A program made the position numbers and the translations under genes. Below, one piece after another: positions 29,261 through 42,960 of a stretch of DNA of 64,000 nucleotides. Location: contig NC_081333.1 in NCBI RefSeq assembly GCF_022539665.2, forward strand, positions 1,488,001-1,552,000. Direction: 5' to 3'. The notes beneath the pieces were generated by a model that was not told the origin of the DNA, searched no databases, and saw nothing but the letters and a program-made list of their open reading frames with translations. Each line of letters starts with the position of its first letter. Position 1 is the first letter of the stretch. The stretch is from Daphnia carinata. Taxonomy: Eukaryota.

Positions 29261-31534
29261 ATGCAAACCGCAAGGCGAATTGTCGTCCTTTTACTGTTCA
29301 TCATTTCATCAGGTAATGTTTTTTTCTTTACATTCTTTTAAACTTTAGGTTAGGTTTTAAACGTTAGGTTATTAGAATATCTTTTTTTTTTTTTTTTTTT
29401 ACCTAAATGTAGTTCTAGTTAAAAAGAGTAAGAGACGTAGGAGCGACAGCCAATCGCAGAGGAAAAGAATATTTCTAGTTAAATCGTTGCTTGTACAGAT
29501 TTGGCTTCCAGTTGCCATTCTGATAAGAGAAGTTTCGGTGTTGTACCTGTTCCTGACACATGTCATCACCTTAGCCATTGGCAAGGCGACACGGTCTGAA
29601 ATAATCCCATTTCTTCCCGCTTCCATACCAAAATAATCTATTCAATAACTAAAATAGCATTTTTTTGTTCAAAAACTGAAACTACATAAGGAGAAAGAAT
29701 ATTATATTTGGAAATGTCCTTCCCCAATAACGATCCACTTTGACCTCTAACGCGGACGTGAACATGGCTTTCAACTAATTGGCTAAAAATCATTTTTTGC
29801 TAAAGAAAGATTTAAAAAACATAAGCGAAAAGACAGAAAACGAAATTCATCGTGATTTCTGCTATAGGCGGTACTGACTCTATTGCAACGTCTGAATCGT
29901 CCTCGGGCTTCGCCGTCAACTCAACTATTACAATCTCACCTCTCCCTAAGGTACTCCCGACACGTAGTCACGTACAACATCTTATATTGCATGTGAGTCT
30001 AGGACTATTTTCAATGGTCTTCTGATTGTTAACACTTGCCAAGCATCGTCTCATTGTGGTACGAGGAAAACCGATAAAAGTTAAAGAATATTTTCCATTT
30101 TTTTCTCCTCAAAAAAGGAAAAGAAAATATATTTACAGAAAAGGGCAAAGTATAGCTTCGTTGTTAACTACGATAGCTCGTGGGGAAGCCAAACGTGTGG
30201 TTCCATTCCCACGCTTCACGTTCCATCATTTTGGCTAAAAGAGAATTGTGAATGTCAACCAAAAAAAATTTGTTTGTTTTTTTTATCGTGCAGAACGTTA
30301 TTATTGGGAAAAAGCAGGACGTGTTGGACTCGCAGAACGGAAGAAACGCTGTAATCGACGCAGTGGTATTTTTCTTGCTCTTTCATATGAAGCTCTAAAA
30401 TCTAAAATATTCAATCATAATGATATTTCTTTCTCGAAGGAATTGATCGATCCTAAAGCAAGCGAACAAGTATTGGAACTCATTGTCAAAATCGCAGAAC
30501 ATCCGGCTATTTGGAAACAAATTCATCGAGTTTTGGGTAGAAACTATTTCAAATATCTGAAAAATGTTTTGAAGCATGATTTTTCTTCATTATTAGAAAC
30601 GCTGGAAGCAAACAATGCAGCTTATTCTCAAAGGATCGATGCCAGCCGGAGTGAATCTAGCTGGACCAATAAAAGATTGGAAAGACCAGGAGATAAGAGG
30701 AACGATGTGCCTGACGATAAAATAGCTATTATTTCAAACACAACTAGTTTAGGTATTTCACCTTCGCCTTCATTAGAAACGGCATTCCAACGTTGGAGAG
30801 ACGTCCTTTTTGCTGTTGAGGAGTCCCACCTTATTCATCCTCAACTCGAGGCATCTGGGTTGCAACCAAACAGGGAACCAAAAACCGAACAAGATGTTCA
30901 AAGATGGGCTTCTACAGGAGTACTCAATCAGCCAGAGCAAAGACGTTCAGAAAAGAATTTTGAAGAACGTCTCAGTGAAATCGAAGATGAACTAAAAAAA
31001 TTAACAAGATTAAGTCGTACGTTCCCATTTAAAATGAAGCACCTCACCACTTATGGTCGCCAACAAGAAAAAAAAGGAAAGATAAAGACTACAGAGATAC
31101 TCACAAGAAATGGGGCTTACCAAAATCGAAGTGCTGATGATGATTCTAAACCAGTTATTAGGGTTCATCCCAAATTCCAGTACCACAAAGTGCAAAATAC
31201 TACCAATCAGCCAGGGACGAGTAATTTGTTAGGGCCAAATTACTGGAAGAAAATTGCTTCGTTGAAACACAACGGTAGCAATCCGACATCTAGACGTAAC
31301 TCGTTCGTCGCCGTATCAATAACATCCCCAGCTAGTGATAAACATGAACGTGACGAATCGTTAATAGCCAACGTACAGCAACAAGGAATGCTAGCGACAG
31401 AACCGCATAAGTCAGATTTTGGTAAGCCTTGTAAGAAATTGCACAACACCCGAAAACAGAGCAAACAACGCCCTCTAAATAGCAGGCAATCGAATAATAA
31501 AGACCAATCCAGTGATTATATAATTAATGGCTAA
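29261..31534 (+). CDS. Uncharacterised, probably secreted protein (multi-exon)
   Basis: Exon 29261-~29312 encodes a signal-like MQTARRIVVLLLFIISS ending at ag|gtaatg. Phase-compatible exons follow at ~29868-29992 and ~30294-30366, then the long open frame (ELIDPKASEQVLELIVKIAEHPAIWKQIHRVL...) to TAA 31534. No family recognised. Confidence 0.55.
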
Positions 31535-32311
31535 GGGATAAAGATGCTTGTGAAATGTACTATTATTCCTTACTTTGTCACTGACATGGTGATTTTTTCT
31601 TACCAATGGTGAGAACAACACATCTTCACCGAACTGTAGTTTTAAAGGGAAAAGTTGTTGTACTTTTCTGCGTAAAAATGGCTTGTTGTCCATTATCTAC
31701 AGCAGGTTTCATAATTATGCAGAAAGCGTAAATCGTAAAAAAGACCGTAAGCAAGTATGTTCTTAAGTATCTTTTTTGTTTGTCTTTTATCCGTTGGTTG
31801 TGGCATCCTTAACGTAGAATTACTTATGTACAGTTTTTTTGCAATGTACCGTGCTTCACTATGCACAATAGTAGATTAAACGTGTGCTGTTTAAATCTCA
31901 ATATACTGAAACGAAATTTCAAATATGAAATTTATTTTATATTTTATATCTCCTTCCTCTGTCTAGTCTCTAGCAGAGTCATAGAGAATATTCTCTATTG
32001 ATTCTGGTCTCTAGTTTCTTTTTTTCTCTCCATATTTTTGCATCTGCGTAAATGAAAGTATGGCAACGCCGCATTTGTACTGTCAAGTTGAAATTTGAAT
32101 GGTAGTCTAGTAACGGATGGTTAATTTTCATGTCGTTCCACTAAATGTAAGTTTTTAAAATAAACTTCTGTATTTCAATCAACAGTAGTATTAATTCAGG
32201 TAAAACTTTGTTTTCTGTAAGTATTGTCTTTTTAGGGTTTTTTATTACGTGATGCAAACTATCCATTAAATGCATGTTTCGTTCTTGTGTTTGGATTTCA
32301 GTTGCAAAAGG

Positions 32312-35300
32312 ATGGCTGACAAAATCCAAGTGGCCGTAAGGGTACGGCCAGTATTGTTTCAAAAGAAAGATGTTGAAGTTCATTGGGCTTGTGAACAAGG
32401 TATGGTCTTTCAAATTGAACCTGGCACCAAAAAAAGGATTGGAAATCCTTATTTGTTTGATCAAGTCTTTGGTACGGAAACCCAAAACTATAAAATTTTT
32501 ACTGCATTGGTTCAACCCCTGATTGATTCTGCCATGAATGGTTTTAATGTAACTGTCTTGGCATATGGCCAAACTGCATCTGGGAAAACATACACCATGA
32601 TGGGAAGTCAGAAAGAGCTTGGGATTGTTCAATTGGCAGTTAACAGAATTTTCACACTTATTGAACAAAACCCTGAGCGTGCCTTCTTATTACGATGCTC
32701 ATATATTGAAATTTATAATGAATCAATTTCTGACCTCCTTTCGTCAAGCCATCAAAAACTGAAAGTGCAAGAATTGGCAGAAGGTCATGTCGTTGTACAC
32801 AATTTGATTGAGACTAATGTGAATACCCCTGATGCTGTATTAAAGTTAATGCAACAAGGTAACAAGCAGCGAAAAGTTGGGGGCACCAGCATGAATGAAA
32901 GAAGTTCTCGGTCTCATACCATCTTCAGGATAATTGTGGAAAGTTTGCCTCGTGATGAAGCTGATCGGTCTGATGCTGCTGTTATAGTGTCTCATATCAA
33001 TTTGGGTAACATCGCTATTGTATTATGAATTTCTCGTCCTAAAATTTTTTCGAAAACCCTAGTTGATCTTGCTGGATCGGAAAAAGCTTCCCAGACGAAT
33101 GCAACTGGCGATCGTTTCCGCGAAGGATGTGCAATCAACACCAGTTTGTCTGCTTTAAGTCTGGTCATCAAGCAGCTGAGTGAAGGCGAAGGTTTTGTTA
33201 ATTTTCGTGACAGCAAGCTCACTCACATTTTGCGAGCTTCGCTAGGTGGAAATGCACGCACTGCTATCATCTGCAACGTTACTCCAACCGTTTTGGACGA
33301 GACTTCTTCAACCCTCAAGTTTGCCTGTAGCGCCAAAGCTGTACAGAATCAACCACACGTCAACGAAGTTCTTTCAGATCAGGTGTGTTTTGACAAATTA
33401 ATTAAGTACTCCGCTGAAGTACCACTACCGTTTTTCCCAACAGGCTCTGCTGCGCAAATACAATAATTACATCAAAGACTTGGAGAAGAAATTAAAAGAA
33501 AAAGAACTAGAAAAGAAGCCTGAAGCTATTGAAGAAATGCAACGACTTCTACAAGAAAAAGACATGAAAATCAATGAGTTGAAGGAGCAGCTAGTGGTAT
33601 CAAGTTGTGGTGATGTAGCATCTGGAAGACCAGATAATAGTCTTAGTGTAAGTTTTAAAATGTTTTCAATGTAAATGCCATATCAAATCACCTTTTCTTT
33701 TACAACAACGGTTAGTGTGCCCAACGAAACTTGCGTCGAATGACATGGGGTGGTAACCGCTTGAGACAAGAATTAAACCTTCTAGGTCCGGCCGTTCTGG
33801 AAGTGAATACACCCCCAGTTCCATCTTCGGAGAGAGTTCCACGCACAGGTAATTTAAACTTAGTTGAAAAATACAACTTTCATTTTCACATAGTTTTTCG
33901 TTGAAACAGTGCCAATCTTTGAATATGTATTGAAAATCTTGCTTGATTTATTGTTACAGTGGCACAGGTATTTGCTAGTCGCCAGCGATCAAGTAATCTT
34001 ACCGGTTCTGATATGGCTATTGACGAGGCATCAGGAGATGCAGAAAGCTTCGAATCAGAAACGTTTTTGCCAGCGGAAATGGTTTTTAGTTCAGTTTCTG
34101 ATCCAGTAGCTAAAGTGAGCGTGGGAACGATGACTGATGCAGGAGAATCTCCTTTCAAGTTACCTAGCGTGCCTTCTACGCCCGTTCCAGTATTGCGTGA
34201 ACGAGTGCAGCGTTTGCGCATGACATTATTGAATAAAGAAAAAGAAAATGAAGATCTAAGGGAAGAATTAGAAGATCTTACAAACTTTACCCGCTTAGAG
34301 CAGGAAATCGGAGTTCATCCACAAGTTACGGCAAAAAACGTTGCGACTCCGGTATGAAAATTCATATTTAAGCATATGCGTTATCTATAAGAAATATTCT
34401 TATATTCAGGAATCCGCCGATCAGCTACATCGAGCATTACAGACGGCCAACGATATGGAAGTCTTATACTTGGATACACATCGAAAACTCAGCGAGCTTC
34501 AAACAGAATTTAGAACTAAAGAAGCGGAACATGAAGCACAAATTCGTTCGCAGCAAGCTGACTTCCAAGAGCGATTAGAATCAGAAACGAACGAAAGGAA
34601 ACGCGTCTCCAAAGAATTGGTTAGAAATCGGCATAATACCATTTCAGAGTTATTCCAATTTAAAGTAAAATTTGTAATTTTTTTTAAAGAGCGATCTTAA
34701 GGATAAATTCTATCGATTGGAAAGAGATCACTCAGAATCAGACACTCACTTGCAAGTTATTAGTGAGAGATATGCTAAGCGAGAAGTTGATCTTCGAAAT
34801 ACACTTCAGGTATGGGGAATCCCGAGTAAATTTGGTTGGAATTTAATTTAAGTTGATTGTAATCTTTGTGTTGCGTGCAGGAAGCTTGGAACCAACTGGA
34901 GCAGCTTGGCCAAAATCCCACAGCGATACAACAGAATTTTGACGCTAAGCAGAGACTCGTTGTTGTGGAACAAGAACTTCTCGAAATGTAAGTCAGTCTT
35001 CTGATGTGAAAGGAACTCTATGCTTGACTGAAATTCGATTTAATTTTGCATTATTACAAACAGGCACAAGCGTAACGATGAAGCACAATCTCAAATTCGC
35101 TCACTTACAGATGAGCTACGTCATCTCAAGGACTCTGCTCTTCAAATGCCTAACGATGTTGCCAAAAATGATGATGAAATGCATGATAGTTCTCTTAGCG
35201 GAATGTGCCTGGCAGATGAATTACGTGACGTTTTTGCTAATGATGATTGCTCTTTCGTTTCGCGTGCACGTCAAACCCGCAAACGGCCGAGTTCAATTTT

Positions 35301-38300
35301 ATCTGTTGCATTGGAAAAGATGGATCAATCAACGTGTATTTTGGAATCGTCCCAATTGGAAATTGAGCCAAGCAAAAAAACTCGGTTAGCGGTTACATCT
35401 GATCAGTCTGACGAATTAGATGTGTTAGAAATCAAAGAGATACGTGAATACCTTATCGAATTGCAGGTAACACATCATCGCTTATTTCTTTCCGTACCTG
35501 TTGCAAATCTTGGTTTTGTTTATTGCAGAGCGTTTTATTACGTTACGAAACTGATTATGATGCTCAAAGTCAAGAAAAAGAAGCTCTACGTAACCAACTA
35601 CAAAGCGCACAAAACGAACTTGCAGCTCTTCGTCAAGAGCAAAACAAAATGGAGTTCTCCGCTCGACAAGAAGAAAGTTCTACAAACAAATTCAATAATT
35701 CAAGAGAAGGATTTGATTCAAGTTGCTTCATGGGTGACCCGTCGATTTCCATTTCAGTCGTGAATATGGAACAATCTTGTGGGTCGGATGAAGAATTCGT
35801 TAGTTTAAGAGAACAGCTTGGAGAAACGTGTGGATCTTTGACGGCTCATGAAGTGTCGGAATCGGCTGCGCAAGTCATACAAAAAGTGGATGATAGTAAT
35901 AAACGCCAACAAGAACTTGAAGAAGAAGTATCCCAAATGGCTGCCAAAATCCACGAACTTAAGGAGGAACTCGCTTCAAAAACCATAGCGGTGGAACAAT
36001 CGCTTCGATCTCTCGAAACCGCACAGTCTACCATCCAAGTCCTTGAACAGCGAAGCATAGGACGACAACAGTTGATATCAAGTCTAGATGAATTTGATGG
36101 AAAAATTCTCTTGCTACATGAAGAGTCAACTGTCGTATCAAACAACGTCGATTCAGCACGTAAGATTTTCACGAATATTCGAAATGAAATGAATAAGCTA
36201 TCCGAGCAAAAAGATGTTCTCGAGCTTCAGGTGAGAAAGGCAAATGAAAATCTCGAAGCCGCTCATACTGAATTGAGTGAAACGTTAGAACGCCTTGCCG
36301 CTTCAAGTGAGCTCGAACAGAAACCTAACATTGAACATGAAAAGACTTATGAAGAACTGAGCCGTGCTCTGGAGCAAATCGAAAAACTGAAACTAGAGTT
36401 CGACTTGAAGACGGCTGAGGTCCATGCTGCTCAAAACGACCTCAAGCAAACACGTTCTAGAATGGAGGAAGTAGAACAAAGCTCTTTTGAAAAAATTCAG
36501 CTGGAAGAGCTTGTTGAAAAATTAACGAGTCAACTGGATAGCCTACAAGATGCTTTAGATTCCAAGACTCAAGAACTCGCAGATGTTCAGGAAGCTGAAA
36601 AAGAGGCATTGCTTCAAAAAGAAAACTTCAAAGCTGAATTGGAAAAGAAGCTGCTTGAAATCAGTCAAGCACATGATGAAATAACTGCAGTTCACCTGGA
36701 GTTAGACTCCACCACAGCTGATCTCAAAAGTGTGCGACAAGAACTGGAAGAAGTCCGTACAAACTCTCAAGAATTTTTGCGTTTAAAGGAGCAGTTAGAA
36801 ACAGAGAAAAAAGAGGTTCTTGTTATGGTAGAAGAACTGAAAGAACAAATTCGCATTAAATCTATTGCGATGGAGGAGGCTAAAAAACAATTGGAAGAAC
36901 TACAGGGCAATGATTCCGAAGTTGACTGCCTACGTAATGCACTTGAAAAAAATCGGGGTCAAGTAGAAGAGCTTCAAGTGACCAATAAAGAACTCGTAGA
37001 TGAAATAAGCGTGGCGAAGATAAAAATCGAAGAGCTTAGCGATGAATTGCAGTCAAAGATTAACATTCTTTCGGCAACTGACAAAGAAGCTTCGTCAAAA
37101 CAACAAGAATTATCAGTTGAATTGGACATCAAGTTGCAAATAATCGATGAACTTGAACTCAGTCTTAAGGAAGCACATGCTCGTTTGATTGAGGTCCAGT
37201 CCATGAAGGAAATCGTCCAAAATGATTTGGCTAAAGCGAAAAGACGAATTGAAGATCTCGAAGAAAACCTCGAGTCAGAATGCGACGCTCATTTAGCTTT
37301 GCAGCGAGTTGCAGAGCAGGCGGCTTCTATTGCGGCTGCAGCATCGAAAAATAGTTTGGAGGAAAAGGAGAAAACAGAACACCAGCTTCTTGAGCTCCAT
37401 GGAAGAGTCAATGAATTAACGCGAACTCTTGAGGAAAAAACGACTGCCTTGGAAGCTGCGAAAGCTGAAGTTATGAAGTTTGAACATTCCAGTCGCGTAA
37501 CGATGGTGGCGCGCGAAGATTTCGATGCTTTGCAATCGGATTGGAAAGAGGCAATTGAACAAGTGTCTCGGTTGGAAGCATCATTAGAAGAAAAAGTTTT
37601 ACAAGTTGAAAATTTGTCTAGAAATATGGAATCATTTCAATCTCGGGCACTTGCTCTGCAACTTGAAAAACAAGGTCACTCTACGCAAGTAGCTTCCCTT
37701 GAACGCAATATAGAGGATCTTGTAGCTCAAAATGCAAATCTCAGTAAAGAAATTGAGCAATACCAGTCGGATATACAGTCCAAAGAGGAAAAACTGGTTA
37801 GTCTTGGTCCTATGACTGAAAAAATCTTAATGCTACAAGCTCGTCTTGAAGAGACCGCCAGCAAATCAAGACAGATGTCCTGTGCTTTAGAGAAGAAAGA
37901 AGAGGAAGTGCGTTGCTTACACGAGGAATTATCTCACGCCACAGATAGTCAACTTAGAGGCAAAGAAGATTTAAAACACACCGAGCAAAGATTGCACGAA
38001 TCCCACAAAGAACTGGAAAGCATTCGATCCGCACTTGAATCTATGCAAAGTGCCAATGATGATCTCCTGACGCAGCTCAGTTGTAAAGAGAACCTAAATG
38101 AAAATCTACGCAAAGACATGGAAAACCTTACGCAAAGATTCGATATGTTGCATTCCAAACTGCAACAGGTTCAGTCTGAGAAGTCGAGTCTGTCAGACCG
38201 GATTCAGTCGTTGGAAACGGAATTAGAATGCCGAGATCAAGAAATTGGAGACATTCGAAGTGGTCTCGATGACATCCAAAAAGAACGTGAAATATCTTCG

Positions 38301-39660
38301 CAATTAAAGCAACGCCTTAATGCTTTGCAAGTGCAATATAACGATGCTGTCAATCAGTGTCAAAAATTGGCATCGGTGAGGGATGAAATTTTGGAACATC
38401 AAGAGCGTTCACGAGGGGATATTTTACGCCTTAACTCAAAGTTACAGTTGATTACTGAAGAGAAAGCGGCATTAGAACAAAATAAATTGCTTTCCGAGTC
38501 ACAGAAGAACGCCATCCTTTGCGATTATGAAAATTTGAAGACTACGCTATGTGAAACGGAAAGCCAATTACGTGTGGCCCAGGGTCAGCGTGATGATTTT
38601 AGTCATCAAATAAAAATATTGAACGATCAAATCGGTCAAGTACGAGCCAAACTTACTGCCTTCGAATCGAACTCAAATCAAGTAGCCCAAAGACAGATGG
38701 AAGAAACGATTGATGGTCTTAAAAGAGAAATCGCTGACACCAAATCAAAAAGCGAAGTTCTACGATTGAATTTTGAGACAGAAGAGAATGCTCGCAAGAA
38801 GAAAACTGAGAGGCTGGAAAAAGAACTTGATTCTGTAAAGCAGCAGGTGCAGTACCGCTATGCTTTATGGTATACCAAAAATGCATTTATCTTGTCTTTC
38901 CTTGTAGTACTTAAAATGCAAAGAGCAGCTCCGCCTACTCCGTCATGGGCCAAATGAAGAGGCAACAGTTAGCTTACCCAAGCATCGTGTTTCTATCTCC
39001 GTTGAATCCATATCTATCCAAACTGATCCGATTGCTGATAAAGGATTTGGCGTAAGTTTTCAAAAAATTTTACTTTAACTAGTCAGTTTTCTTGTAAGCA
39101 ATCATGTTTTAACACACAGTTCCGATGGCAAATGGAGCAATACGTTTCAGACAACGAGCGGCTAAGGAAGAAAGTCTCTGATCTTGGCGAAAGAATGGAG
39201 TTTTACAAAGAAAAGCTAATTAAATATCGAACAATGTATTTCCAAATGACTGGCCAAGACCCACAGAGGCCACCAAGCAGTTCGTCGAACAACTCTTCAC
39301 AGCCACTCGAACGTCAATCGTCTATTTCTGCTGGTTCGCGAGAAAATACTGCAGGTATGAACGCCATTTTCGTGCACAAAAAAAGAAGCAAACTGAATTT
39401 CATAACGACTTCTTTCAGATCGCCCACTGGTGGAGGCCGAGCGAAATCTTAGAACAAAAACTTCGGCTCCCATTACAACAGGAAACCCACTACCCGCGTC
39501 ATTAGCTCTTCAAGAGCAACACCAAGAAGAAATGAAAGCTCGAATGCCGAAAGCTGTTGCAGTGGCCCCAACTTCGTCGACTCGATGGGCTACCGGTGCA
39601 AAAAAGGAATCTCTTACTAAAGAGGAGATGGAAAAAATCAACAATTGCAATCCTAGCTAA
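32312..39660 (+). CDS. CENPE: Kinesin-7 / centromere protein E-like motor with long coiled coil
   Basis: IQVAVRVRP, P-loop AYGQTASGKTYTMMG, MNERSSRSHTIFRI, LVDLAGSE, FRDSKLTHIL, an RRMTWG motif after the neck, >1100-aa heptad coiled-coil exon (35530-38846), C-terminal CNPS. Confidence 0.88.
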
Positions 39661-40274
39661 TAGAAAGTTTCTATTGGTTTCTTCCATGTAACGTACCCTA
39701 AAATTTCGCTGCGTCGGTAATGCTTTTGTAATGTTATTCGTTTTCCTTTTATTCTCAATAAAAAAAAAGATATATTCTATGCAATACTTCTCCACTTTGA
39801 AGTGTGGCTTGAATAATCTAACAATGGTGTGATCATAGCCAGGAAGTTTTGTTTGTTTGGTGGAGATAGAGATAGGCGCGTTTCCAGCCACGCAATCACG
39901 TTAGAAAAAGATTGGCAGCGTTGGGTTGCCAACCGCGTTGTTTACATCAACAAACCCGTATGAATGTAATTGATCACCACTGTATTCGTTACCGTATTAT
40001 GTTTAATCTATATGCACTACGTATTGCACGTACATTTTCTATGTAACTTGCGAGCGAATTCGGAAAACGCTTTCTTGGATCGAAGAATTTCTCATTATGT
40101 CCGAAAGGGTTGGTAAGCAGTTGGATCGTGTGTTTGTTATTACCACTCGATTTTGTAGTACGAACCTGGAAAAACGTTGACTTACTACTTTCTGTGATCC
40201 TTTTTACCACAGGTTTCCACACACTGTTGGAATAAAATTTCAATCCATATAGCCATATAGACAACATTGCGGAA

Positions 40275-41946
40275 ATGGGAAATGGAGGGTCACTGTGCAA
40301 TAATATTGGCCTTAAACGGTATACCTTTTTAAGATATTATTTTATTAATAAGCAACACATTTTTTGTTTTATTTTGATTCAACAGGCAACTTACCATTCT
40401 TGTGGTCGGGCTAGATAACTCTGGCAAAACAAGTATGAGCCGAGCTTTAGTTGGAGGTAAATTTTTTTTATGCTTCTAATAATTATTAAGTTTTTTGTTA
40501 ACTTTTATCTACTCTTGTTTCATTATCATTGATTTTTAGAAACATTAACAGACACTGTTCCCACTATTGGGTTCTCAAAATTTGTAACCAAACAAAAGGG
40601 AATTACTATTAATATTTATGATCTTGGGTATGTATACCAATTATTCAACTTTTTAATATTGTATGTATGGCTATGTATTATACAGGTTACACTTACAGTA
40701 CTTCAATTAAAATTTGTGCATTTAGCGGCAGCTCCAGAATTCGTGATATTTGGCATAACTATTTTGCTGAGGTACATATTGTCTCACATTGCAAAAAGTT
40801 TACAATGTTCGTTTAGGCATTACTCCCCTAATCTTTTCCACACTTTCATGGAATTTAGTGCTACGGAGTCGTCTACGTTGTTGATGCTAGTGATTCTCAG
40901 CGATTGTCCGAAGCTCACGAAAATCTAAGTTCATTAATGAAACACCCAATACTTAAAGGAAAGCCTCTACTTCTGTGAGTAATCAGTGTTCTTTTTTTCT
41001 CGTTACAAAACCATTGCGACCAACGTACATGTTACTACCAGGCTAGCCAATAAACAAGATCACTTCGATGCTCTCGATGAGGTGGACGTTGCCGACAAAC
41101 TTCAGCTCGAACTATTGGCCAACGTGTGCCAAACGCCTACTAGAATTGAAATCTGTTGCGCGACACAGGGTACCGGAAAGAACATTGATCCCATTATACG
41201 AATTGGATTCCAGTAATAACTAAACAAGCCTATTAAAAAATCAAATTAAACTAAATTTGTGTGTGTATAGTTGGTTGGTTGAAACTATTATTAGGAACTT
41301 CGACAAGATTGATCGGCGTGTGACGAATGATATAGCGGCGCAAAAAGCAAAAGAGGACAAAGAAAGGGATTCTAGAAGAGCGAGAATAGAAAGACTCAAG
41401 GCTTTGCAAAACGAAGTGGAAGAAACTGTTACACAGATTTGTGTTGATCCATTAAATGGCATCAAAAACCATTTTCAGCCCCTTGAAGAAATAACAGTAT
41501 TGCGGAGAAACTAGAATAAATAAAAACATGTGTTAAATCTTTTTATTTTTAGGAAGAATGGAATCTTCCTGGATCTATATCGGAGACCGATCGTCCGCAA
41601 AGCAAGGAATCCCCCAGTGGGTTGACCGATTTGATGTCTCAAGCACAAATCGACCAAACTGAAGAGTTAAATAGTCCTGAGATGACTGAATTGGTATGTT
41701 GGGTTTCATGTTCGGTTACTCCTCACGCTTCATGTTTATTTTTCTATTAAGGGACATACCCAGAATGACTTTCGAGGTACTATTTCGGCTCCCAGCGAAA
41801 TGACCGGATCCAATTCTGTAAAAGTTCCTGTGTTAAGCCGAAACGATCAAATTAGCTCTGCATCCCCTACAGCTAAAAAACTTAATCAGCGCAGCAACGG
41901 AAAACCATTGCTGCCGCTTACGAAAAATGGGAAACTTTCCAAATAA
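40275..41946 (+). CDS. ARL13B: ADP-ribosylation factor-like GTPase 13 (ciliary ARL13B-like), multi-exon
   Basis: Spliced reading MGNGGSLC..., ILVVGLDNSGKT, TVPTIGF, IYDLGGSSRIRDIWHNYFAE (no catalytic Gln, typical of ARL13), LLANKQD, then a coiled coil (DKERDSRRARIERLKALQ) and a low-complexity tail ending TAA 41944-41946. Confidence 0.88.
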
Positions 41947-42237
41947 TGAAGGCAGTTACTTGAATCTCTAGTCTATTTGATCCAAAATTCTATTTTCTGC
42001 TTATCATTCACGACCTAACGGACTTTTCTACTATCAATGACTGAACTTCTTAAACGAGGTCTACTTTCGCTTGTTTCATGTATTTCGTTCGATATTACAA
42101 ATCTTAAAAGATTACTTCGGTGTAGTTAAGCAAAGGTAGTAACTTCTTGTTACGTGCCCACTGTTAGCTACCTCCAGAAATATCTCAAATTTTCATCACA
42201 TAAATTGGTAGAGATTTTTCTCTGCCTCTACAAAAAG

Positions 42238-42960
42238 CTACTGGTTGCCCTCTACTGAGCAACAGCACTCCTTTTTTCTTCTTTTTTCTTCTGTAAAGTT
42301 TGTTTCACTTGGTAATCCTTCAATGCTGCTTTGATTGCATCCTCAGCAAGCATAGAACAATGCAGTTTGACTGGTGGAAGCGATAATTCTTTCGCAATTT
42401 CAGTATTTTTATTTTCAAGGCATCATGAACCTATTATACCAATATAAAATGTTAAAAAAGATTACACTTTCCAAAAAATAATAGTAGCTTACTGATTTTC
42501 CTTTCACCCATTCAGTGGCTAATGAGCTTGATGCAATCGCTGAACCACAACCAAAAGTTTTGAACTTTGCATCAATAATTTTCCCGTTTTCATCAACTTT
42601 AATTTGAAGTTTCATCACATCACCACAGGCTGGAGCTCCAACAAGACCTGTGCCTACATTGACATCCTTCTTGTCCATAGAACCAACATTCCTTGGCTTT
42701 TCATAATGATCTATTACCTGAAGAAAGCGATCAAATATAAAAATAAGACAAATTTTTTTTAGTGGTTGCAGGCCTGCGGACGACACATATACGTATGCAA
42801 GTTATAAATTGCGTCAAGTGATTCATTTGACGAAAAACTCAACAAATATCCATCTTTGCAGTTTGCTTACTTTCTGATGATACGAAGCACACAATACCGA
42901 CGGCTGATTCGCTGAACGAGACCGGATAACCGCACGAGAAATGTTTTGATACATCGCCAT
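42238..42960 (-). CDS. ISCU: Iron-sulfur cluster assembly scaffold, mitochondrial (3 exons)
   Basis: Arg-rich transit peptide MAMYQNISRAVIRSRS, YHQK|VIDHYEKPRNVGS, GAPACGDVMKLQI, FKTFGCGSAIASSS, LSLPPVKLHCSMLAEDAIKAAL. Confidence 0.96.
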
